Source: a virus (Duplodnaviria > Heunggongvirae > Uroviricota > Caudoviricetes). Taken from it: 64,000 nt of DNA. The position numbers and the translations under genes were made by a program. Of the stretch, positions 57,258 to 64,000 are shown piece by piece. The stretch lies in the IMG/VR virus record IMGVR_UViG_2571042390_000001. One strand, given 5' to 3'. How positions within the stretch are numbered: position 1 is the stretch's first letter; each line of letters opens with the position of its first letter. The notes beneath the pieces are model-generated. The model ran no database searches. It had not been told where the DNA came from and worked only from the letters and a program-made list of their open reading frames with translations.

Positions 57258-58021
57258 CTTCAAATAAAACCCTCCTGGCGCGAACAGGTGAATGGCAAAC
57301 CTCACGCACAGGAAAATTCCAGACCACGGGCTTTGAAAACGTGGATAACGCGTTTGCGACGCTAATCAGCAACATTTTTTCTGATATCTTACTGGTGGCC
57401 CCCGCGCCGGAAGAAAAACGCTTTGCGTCATTCCTGAATCGTCCACCAGCAGAGCGTGTCTATGTGGCCCGTTTCGACAATGCGATCGAGTTTCTTAAAG
57501 CAGTTCGTCGCGCAAATGCCGGGCAAGGGAGAAAACCTGAAAACCAGAACATTAACCGGGATGCTCTCCCCCTGGTCAATATCTCACGCACTATGGATAT
57601 CAATTATATCAACGATGATCAGCAGATTGACCGCAAAAAAGTAGCCAGTTTTTGCGAACCGGATACCGGAATGCCTTTAGCAGAACTGGAATACACCCAG
57701 GCCATTCTGACGTATGACGTTACGTTAATGGCAACTGATAAAGCGACCATGAGTCTGATGTGTAATTCGCTGGGCGCACGGCTTCGCCTGATGACAGGTA
57801 CACAATTTGAAGCAACCACTCACCTTGTTCGTGTCCCGGTCCCGCTGATTTGCTCGATACAGGATGCCAAAGAAGTCGGCTTTACGGATGTTTCAGCACC
57901 AATTGGAGAAGAGCGTATTTATGCCACACAAGCGCCGATAAGTGTGATTGCAGACGTGATCACAGCATGGGAGTTGGACGCAAAACGTATTATTACCGAA
58001 ACCTCGATATCTATGGGGTGA
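57254..58021 (+). CDS. Hypothetical protein (255 aa)
   Basis: Start overlaps upstream stop. Confidence 0.45.
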   Translation: MTSNKTLLARTGEWQTSRTGKFQTTGFENVDNAFATLISNIFSDILLVAPAPEEKRFASFLNRPPAERVYVARFDNAIEFLKAVRRANAGQGRKPENQNINRDALPLVNISRTMDINYINDDQQIDRKKVASFCEPDTGMPLAELEYTQAILTYDVTLMATDKATMSLMCNSLGARLRLMTGTQFEATTHLVRVPVPLICSIQDAKEVGFTDVSAPIGEERIYATQAPISVIADVITAWELDAKRIITETSISMG

Positions 58022-58024
58022 TAA

Positions 58025-59005
58025 GTGGCCCAGGAGTTACAACAATATTTTCTACAGTCAGTGCTCATTAACGATAACAAAGTGCCTCGAGACTGGATTT
58101 TTACCGCAGTATATGTAGAAAAAACCAGCCTCAAAGCCCCTTTGCTAAAACTGGAAATTCATGACGCTACCGGCACCGTAATTGATGACTGGAAAGCCAA
58201 ATACGGTGCATCGCTGGTGGCTGAAATGGGCGATCCAAACGGTAATGCAGGCACTTTTAAAACAGATTTCTTTGTTACGTCTGCAATGCTGGCTGGTGAT
58301 GTTGTTACCGTTATTGCTGTCAGTGAAGACGTGCGCAGGTTTAAGATCCCCTCCCCGCGCACAAATTTACATACCAACAAAACACCAGACGCTATATTCA
58401 AGGCATATTCCGGCAAGCTTAAAATTACCAGCAGCGTGCTAAAACGCGCAGTTACATATCATCTGAATGCCGGTGACAAACCGTCAAAAATGCTTTCGGA
58501 GATAGCGCGAGACAAAGGTGCATTATGTTGGGTATGCCGGGGGGAATTTAACTTTTACACCCTGGCTGATCTGATGAAGCAAACGCCATCATTTACCTAC
58601 GAGGGGAATAACCCTAAAGCAGAATACACTTTGTCCAAAATGCGCCTACTCCAACAGGAACATGCGACAACAGCAAAGAATCAATATCGTTTTGTTGGGT
58701 ATTCCATGACCGATGGCTACGTCGAATATGGCGATAGCTCACTCCCAGTGCGTTATATATCCGACTCTGATATGGAAACTCTTCGCAATATGCAGCTGTC
58801 TCTCGTCCCCAAAATGGATATAGAAGTCGCAGGCAATCCTGATATAAAACCGGGGATGGTAATAGAGATTATCGTATACCGCTATGACCAGGAAAACCGC
58901 ATTGATGAATCAATGCCCCGTAAGCTGATAGTAAAAAATGTTGCGCACTTTGAGGACCGCGTAGGCTACACAACACGAATGATATTAGGAGTGCCGAACA
59001 AATGA
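58025..59005 (+). CDS. Hypothetical protein (326 aa), possible baseplate/tail-associated
   Basis: Context only: immediately upstream of gpV-like spike ORF. Confidence 0.45.
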   Translation: MAQELQQYFLQSVLINDNKVPRDWIFTAVYVEKTSLKAPLLKLEIHDATGTVIDDWKAKYGASLVAEMGDPNGNAGTFKTDFFVTSAMLAGDVVTVIAVSEDVRRFKIPSPRTNLHTNKTPDAIFKAYSGKLKITSSVLKRAVTYHLNAGDKPSKMLSEIARDKGALCWVCRGEFNFYTLADLMKQTPSFTYEGNNPKAEYTLSKMRLLQQEHATTAKNQYRFVGYSMTDGYVEYGDSSLPVRYISDSDMETLRNMQLSLVPKMDIEVAGNPDIKPGMVIEIIVYRYDQENRIDESMPRKLIVKNVAHFEDRVGYTTRMILGVPNK

Positions 59006-59655
59006 AGCGTAGAGCGCAAATTGTTGGAACTGTGCACCCGGCAGGGCTTATGCGTGCTCAAGTCCGTGTTTTACCTGACTGGAATGGCGTTCCTGATGAC
59101 GATCTACCCTGGGCGGAATACCTGTTACCCATCGGAAACGCTTTTGTACCCACAGTCAAAGGTGACCTGGTCTGGGTAGAGTTTCCTTATTTAGATGTTA
59201 ACGGTCGAATAGACACCAGACGCCCAATGATAGTTGGTGCCGCTCAGGATGCACCGGGAGGAATTCCAAACGTTGCACCAGAAGCATCTGGCAAAGGCAA
59301 CGGCTGGACGCCGCCGGAAGTAGATGGAGCACCTCCCCGCCCCCAAATCTCAGCAACGAAAGACTTCGTTATTCACCGCAACAATATTCTTGAAGTACGA
59401 ACTGCTGGTGGCGGCTATGAAATTGCCAATACGGCAGCAGGCTCAAGGATTGGCATGAATGAGTCCGGGCAGATATATATCATTGGTCCGGCTGATGTAA
59501 TCGTGAATGCAGGAGGGAGTGTTAACGTCAAATCAGCCAACAACATCAATGTTAATGGGGAAAATATTGCTGTCACCGCTAACGGGGACATAGCTTTCAA
59601 GGCAGGGGGAACCTTTCAGGCCACTGCTGGCAACTTCGATTTCAAGAAAGGATAG
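59002..59655 (+). CDS. gpV/gp5-like baseplate spike-type protein
   Basis: N-terminal VKGDLVWVEF ... RRPMIVGAA OB-fold-like motif and C-terminal G/N/V-rich beta-helix-like repeats. Confidence 0.5.
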   Translation: MKRRAQIVGTVHPAGLMRAQVRVLPDWNGVPDDDLPWAEYLLPIGNAFVPTVKGDLVWVEFPYLDVNGRIDTRRPMIVGAAQDAPGGIPNVAPEASGKGNGWTPPEVDGAPPRPQISATKDFVIHRNNILEVRTAGGGYEIANTAAGSRIGMNESGQIYIIGPADVIVNAGGSVNVKSANNINVNGENIAVTANGDIAFKAGGTFQATAGNFDFKKG

Positions 59656-59664
59656 AAAATGCAC

Positions 59665-59708
59665 CCATTTGTGTTAGATAATTAACGCGTATTTTCTAAC
59701 ACAAATGG
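59665..59708. promoter_or_regulatory. Palindromic operator-like site upstream of hrdC-dmt
   Basis: ccatttgtgttaga ... tctaacacaaatgg perfect inverted repeat containing the core motif twice. Confidence 0.55.
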
Positions 59709-59714
59709 TGAGAA

Positions 59715-60620
59715 ATGAGATCAGTCGCTTTCAAAAATATCTTCATCTATCGTCTTTCACGCGAAGTTAGCTGGGATACTGCAGAAGTAAATGCAGCCCT
59801 TAGCAAGTTTGTGTTTACCCCATGCGGTTCTCAGGATATGGCTAAAGCTGGTTGGACCTCCGTTCTTGGTGACAACCTCACACATGAATACCAGGGTTTT
59901 CTGCTAATACAGCATAAGCGAGAAGAAAAAATTCTCCCCTCGCAGGTGCTCAAGGAAGAGTTGCAGAAAAAAGTCCTGAAACTCGAAGAAGAGCAAGCCC
60001 GCAAGCTGAAGAAAACGGAAAGAGACAGTCTTAAAGATGAAGTCCTGCATTCACTTTTGCCTCGCGCGTTCACGAGAAAATCACTTGCCAAAATCCTGAT
60101 CGACCGCAGCAACCATCTGGTATTCGTTGAGGCAAGCAGCGCCAAAAAGGCAGAGGACCAGCTGGCTTTATTGCGAAAATCGCTCGGCAGCCTGCCTGTC
60201 ATTCCATTCACACCACGCGAACCGCTGGAAATTACAATGACCGAGTGGTTTAAAAGCGGCTTCCCTGCCGGATTTACAGCAGGTGAAGACGCCACATTAA
60301 AGGGTCTGCTCGATAATGGTGGTGCCGTTCGCTGCAACAAAGTTGATCTACAGTCCGACGAGATTATGTCTCACATTGAGGCGGGGAAAGTAGCTACGAC
60401 CGTTGCAATTAACTGGATGGAACGCGCGTCGTTCAGAGTCAACGATGATATGAGTATCAAAGCCCTGACATTCTGTGATGATCTCTATGACCAGAATGAC
60501 GATATCGACCGGGAGGATGTAGCACAACGATTTGATGCTGATTTCGTGCTCTTTACGGGCGAATTATCTGCACTGTTTAACGCGCTGGTGGAGGCCATTG
60601 GCGGTGAAGCAGAACGTTAA
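59715..60620 (+). CDS. hrdC: RdgC homolog (P1 hrdC-like recombination-associated protein)
   Basis: N-terminal [12 protein letters not shown] ... [14 protein letters not shown] matches the RdgC family; precedes dmt as in P1. Confidence 0.7.
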   Translation: MRSVAFKNIFIYRLSREVSWDTAEVNAALSKFVFTPCGSQDMAKAGWTSVLGDNLTHEYQGFLLIQHKREEKILPSQVLKEELQKKVLKLEEEQARKLKKTERDSLKDEVLHSLLPRAFTRKSLAKILIDRSNHLVFVEASSAKKAEDQLALLRKSLGSLPVIPFTPREPLEITMTEWFKSGFPAGFTAGEDATLKGLLDNGGAVRCNKVDLQSDEIMSHIEAGKVATTVAINWMERASFRVNDDMSIKALTFCDDLYDQNDDIDREDVAQRFDADFVLFTGELSALFNALVEAIGGEAER

Positions 60621-62760
60621 CCTTCGATATGGTTCAGTTTGCAGTGGAATTGAAGCCGCGAGCATTGCCTGGGAACCGTTGGGTATGCGTCCGGCGTGGT
60701 TTGCTGAAATTGAGCCTTTTCCATCTGCCGTTCTTGCGCACCGCTGGCCTCATATCGCCAACCTTGGCGATATGACAAAACTTGCCAAAAAAGTCCTGGC
60801 TGGGGAAATCGAATCCCCTGATGTGCTCGTCGGGGGAACACCTTGTCAGGCATTCAGTATCGCGGGATTACGTGGTGGGCTTGATGATGAGCGCGGCGCG
60901 CTAACTTTGAAGTATGTGGAGCTTGCAAATGCAATTGACGACAAACGGTCTGAGTCCTTCCTCAAACCGACAGTTATCGTCTGGGAAAATGTCCCAGGAG
61001 TCCTGTCATCGGCAGATAACGCCTTCGGATGTTTCCTTGCCGGATTGGCTGGAGAAGATGCACCATTTGAACCAGGTGATCGACCTGAATCAGGAAAAAG
61101 TAACGCGTTCTGGCGGTGGGATGGCAAAACCGGTTGCCATGCTCCAAAGTGGCCGCAGTGTGGTTGTATTTATGGACCGCAGCGAAAGGTGGCCTGGAGA
61201 ATACTTGATGCCCAATACTTCGGAGTGGCACAACGACGCCGACGCGTGTTTGTTGTCGCAAGTGCTCGAACAGACCTCGATCCCGCAACGGTACTTTTTG
61301 AGTTCGAAGGCGTGCGCCGGGATATTGCGCCGAGCAGAGGCGAGGGGAAGGAAGTTGCCGGAAATGTTGGAAATGGCATTAAAAGCGGGAGCCATTGGGA
61401 TAACCCTGTAAATCCTCACCCGACACTTGCCCGATCGCACAATACCGGCGGGACGGGTGCAAGCAACCAGGAGATTTTTTCACAGCGCGGAAGTGGGCTT
61501 GTCGGTGCTTACCGGATGGTAGCATTTGGTGAGTATGCGGATGATGAGGCGGCTTCCACGGTCAAGGCCAGAGATTTTAAGGATGCAACCGACCTGGCTG
61601 TTTTTGACAGTGCGAACGTCGGAGTGGCAGTACGTCGCTTAACGCCTGTCGAGTGCGAACGCCTGCAGGGCTTTCCTGACGGGCACACGTTGATCCCTAC
61701 GGAAAAGCGTAAAAAAGTTTCTTCAGATGAACTGGCATACCTTCGCAATCACTATCCAGATTTAAGCGAAGAAGAGGCCGCGATGCTTGCAGCTGACGGA
61801 CCGCGTTACAAAGCGATCGGCAACAGCATGGCAGTTCCTGTTATGCAATGGATAGGGTGTCGCATTCTTGCGACCGTAGCGGATAAACAGCAAAAAACAA
61901 TAAATACCATTACCTACACAAGAAAACTCCGGACTCCGGATGAATATGAACGCCCAATATTCAAATGGGTAGGCGGTAAATTCTCAGAGTTGCCTACAGT
62001 GCTTGAGCATCTACCACACGGCAAGCGGTTAATAGAACCATTCGTTGGTGGCGGTTCCGTATTTACGAATGCAGGATTTCGCCACAACCTGCTTAATGAT
62101 ATTAACGGTGACCTGATTAACTTCTATCAGACATTGCAGCGAGAGGGACATTCGCTCGTCACGCTGGCATATAGTTTTTTCAAAAATTACAACAACGCTG
62201 ACGCTTACCTCGAAGTGCGCGAGGCATTTAACAGAGGAAAGTATGACCAGCTACATCATGCTGCCGCCTTTTTGTACCTTAATCGGCACTGTTTTAATGG
62301 CGTAACGCGGTACAACCAAAATGGCGAGTTCAACGTGGGGTATGGCAAATACAAAGCGCCCTACTTCCCACATGCAGAGATGGAGGCATTTTTGGCTGAT
62401 GACGTACTCAAAAACACGTCCTTTGTATCAGGTGACTTTGCTGGCGTCATCGAGGCGGCTGGTGAAGGCGATGTGATTTTTTGCGATCCGCCGTATGAAC
62501 CGCTGCCGGATACAGAAGGGTTTACCAGTTATTCAGGAAATAGCTTCCGTTTCGACGAACAGAAACGGCTGGTATCTCTATTGGTGGAAGCCCACCAGCG
62601 CGGCGCTAAGGTAGTGATAACAAATAGTGGTGCGCCAAACATCCGTGAACTATATGAACGAAACGGGTTTAAAGTACATCATATGGCAGCCAGACGGTCG
62701 GTGTCCTGCAAGGCGTCAACACGTGTAGTTGCTAACGATATAATTGCAATAATGAAGTAA
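60604..62760 (+). CDS. dmt: Dmt-like bifunctional DNA methyltransferase (C5-cytosine domain fused to Dam-like N6-adenine domain)
   Basis: N-terminal [11 protein letters not shown] (motif IV) C5-MTase; C-terminal KWVGGK and DPPY Dam-type motifs; probable GTG start with GGAGG RBS. Confidence 0.8.
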   Translation: MKQNVNLRYGSVCSGIEAASIAWEPLGMRPAWFAEIEPFPSAVLAHRWPHIANLGDMTKLAKKVLAGEIESPDVLVGGTPCQAFSIAGLRGGLDDERGALTLKYVELANAIDDKRSESFLKPTVIVWENVPGVLSSADNAFGCFLAGLAGEDAPFEPGDRPESGKSNAFWRWDGKTGCHAPKWPQCGCIYGPQRKVAWRILDAQYFGVAQRRRRVFVVASARTDLDPATVLFEFEGVRRDIAPSRGEGKEVAGNVGNGIKSGSHWDNPVNPHPTLARSHNTGGTGASNQEIFSQRGSGLVGAYRMVAFGEYADDEAASTVKARDFKDATDLAVFDSANVGVAVRRLTPVECERLQGFPDGHTLIPTEKRKKVSSDELAYLRNHYPDLSEEEAAMLAADGPRYKAIGNSMAVPVMQWIGCRILATVADKQQKTINTITYTRKLRTPDEYERPIFKWVGGKFSELPTVLEHLPHGKRLIEPFVGGGSVFTNAGFRHNLLNDINGDLINFYQTLQREGHSLVTLAYSFFKNYNNADAYLEVREAFNRGKYDQLHHAAAFLYLNRHCFNGVTRYNQNGEFNVGYGKYKAPYFPHAEMEAFLADDVLKNTSFVSGDFAGVIEAAGEGDVIFCDPPYEPLPDTEGFTSYSGNSFRFDEQKRLVSLLVEAHQRGAKVVITNSGAPNIRELYERNGFKVHHMAARRSVSCKASTRVVANDIIAIMK

Positions 62761-62762
62761 AA

Positions 62763-62791
62763 AACGCCGCAGTAGCGGCGTTTACTTTTTT
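62763..62791. terminator. Bidirectional rho-independent terminator between dmt and glnS
   Basis: aacgccgc/gcggcgtt stem flanked by A-run and T-run. Confidence 0.65.
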
Positions 62792-62808
62792 ATGTGGCGA
62801 AATACCTA

Positions 62809-64000
62809 TTAACCTAACTTCGCCCAGGTATCACGCAGCCCAACGGTGCGGTTAAATACCGGTTTTTCCGCCGTAGAATGGCGGCTGTCGAGGCAGAAAT
62901 AACCTTCACGCTCAAACTGGAATGCTTTACCCGCTACCGCTTCTTTCAGCGACGGTTCAGCAAAACCCTGTTTGATCACCAGCGATTCCGGGTTAATCAC
63001 CGACAGGAAATCATCCGCAGCACCTGGGTTCGGCACGCTGAACAGACGATCGTACAGGCGGATTTCAACCGGCAGCGCATGTGCCGCGCTCACCCAGTGA
63101 ATAACGCCTTTCACTTTACGACCATCTGCCGGATCTTTGCTTAAGGTGTCGGCGTCATAAGTACAGAAGATGGTGGTGATATTGCCTTCGGCATCTTTCT
63201 CCACGCGTTCAGCCTTAATGACGTAAGCATTACGCAGACGCACTTCTTTACCCAGCACCAGACGTTTGTACTGCTTGTTAGCTTCTTCGCGGAAATCGGC
63301 GCGGTCGATCCAAATCTCACCGCTAAACGGCACCTGACGGCTACCCATTTCCGGTTTGTTTGGATGGTTCGGCATGGTGACCATTTCGCCTTCGCCCTGG
63401 TAGTTTTCGATAACCAGTTTCACCGGATCGATAACCGCCATTGCGCGCGGCGCATTTTCGTTGAGATCTTCACGGATGCAGGATTCCAGCGACGCCATCT
63501 CAATGGTGTTGTCCTGCTTGGTCACGCCGATGCGTTTGCAGAACTCACGAATAGAAGCCGCAGTGTAACCACGACGACGCAGACCGGAAATGGTCGGCAT
63601 ACGCGGGTCATCCCAGCCTTCAACGTGCTTGTCGGTCACCAGCAGGTTAAGCTTACGCTTGGACATCACAGTGTATTCCAGATTCAGGCGCGAAAATTCG
63701 TACTGGCGCGGGTGAACAGGAATGGTGATGTTGTCCAGTACCCAGTCATACAGACGACGGTTGTCCTGGAACTCAAGCGTACACAGAGAGTGCGTAATAC
63801 CTTCCAGCGCATCGCTGATGCAGTGGGTGAAGTCGTACATCGGGTAGATGCACCACTTGTTGCCAGTCTGGTGATGTTCAGCAAACTTAATGCGGTACAG
63901 CACCGGGTCGCGCATCACGATAAACGGCGAAGCCATGTCGATTTTCGCACGCAGGCAGGCTTTACCTTCTTCAAAACCACCGGCACGCATTTTTTCGAAC
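62809..64000 (-). CDS. glnS: Glutaminyl-tRNA synthetase (3' portion; gene continues beyond window end)
   Basis: Near-identical to E. coli GlnRS C-terminal region as recalled ([13 protein letters not shown]); host chromosomal gene. Confidence 0.9.
   Translation of the reverse strand, partial: FEKMRAGGFEEGKACLRAKIDMASPFIVMRDPVLYRIKFAEHHQTGNKWCIYPMYDFTHCISDALEGITHSLCTLEFQDNRRLYDWVLDNITIPVHPRQYEFSRLNLEYTVMSKRKLNLLVTDKHVEGWDDPRMPTISGLRRRGYTAASIREFCKRIGVTKQDNTIEMASLESCIREDLNENAPRAMAVIDPVKLVIENYQGEGEMVTMPNHPNKPEMGSRQVPFSGEIWIDRADFREEANKQYKRLVLGKEVRLRNAYVIKAERVEKDAEGNITTIFCTYDADTLSKDPADGRKVKGVIHWVSAAHALPVEIRLYDRLFSVPNPGAADDFLSVINPESLVIKQGFAEPSLKEAVAGKAFQFEREGYFCLDSRHSTAEKPVFNRTVGLRDTWAKLG

Noticed and set aside
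60532-60603. Upstream extension of dmt overlapping the 3' end of hrdC
   Set aside because: Extension overlaps hrdC by about 90 bp in another frame and lacks an RBS; a GTG at about 60604 preceded by GGAGG is a better start.
1-64000. CRISPR array
   Set aside because: No series of regularly spaced direct repeats with unique spacers seen anywhere; the only repeat families are the dispersed operator-like motif and the tRNA-spacer repeats.
1-64000. P1 type III restriction-modification (res/mod), IS1, and plasmid replication/partition genes (repA, parAB)
   Set aside because: Looked for large ATPase/methylase pairs, transposase-like ORFs and ParA Walker-type ATPases; none found in this window. They may lie outside it or be absent from this element.

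Overview
The window looks like a mosaic P1-like temperate phage (phage-plasmid lineage) abutting the Escherichia coli chromosome at the 3' end of glnS (62.8-64.0 kb). Recognisable P1-type modules: a DarB-like methyltransferase-helicase giant protein (9.8-16.7 kb), a five-tRNA cluster (21.1-22.4 kb), lpa-like/pacA/pacB packaging genes (23.9-27.2 kb), a candidate c1-like repressor, a lox-like site and Cre homolog (27.2-29.7 kb), dut, the humD-phd-doc block with an SOS box (33.6-34.7 kb), ref (46.9 kb), two immI-like modules (c4-like RNA candidate, icd-like, Rha/Ant-like; 7.7-9.2 kb and 48.0-49.5 kb), and hrdC(rdgC-like)-dmt (59.7-62.8 kb). Between cre and ref lies a long minus-strand array of lambdoid-type accessory genes (35.5-46.7 kb). 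An accessory island at 52.0-56.4 kb carries two HigB/HigA-type toxin-antitoxin pairs, a SWIM-like zinc-finger protein and an orphan HigA-like regulator next to an AT-rich membrane/coiled-coil gene. The strongest candidates for undescribed biology are: two immI-like modules whose antisense/target pairs differ in sequence but share geometry; DUF2829 (Tad2-family) domains in four places, including the antirepressor slot; the HigA-like plus membrane-protein pair; and a terminase large-subunit paralog with degenerate ATPase motifs. A core motif TTTCTAACA recurs about 15 times in intergenic regions, mostly upstream of homologs of P1 C1-controlled operons. All calls rest on motif recognition by eye; no database search was run. 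Hand-located coordinates are approximate (about +/-2 nt), because my base counting disagreed with the ORF track by 1 nt in two places.
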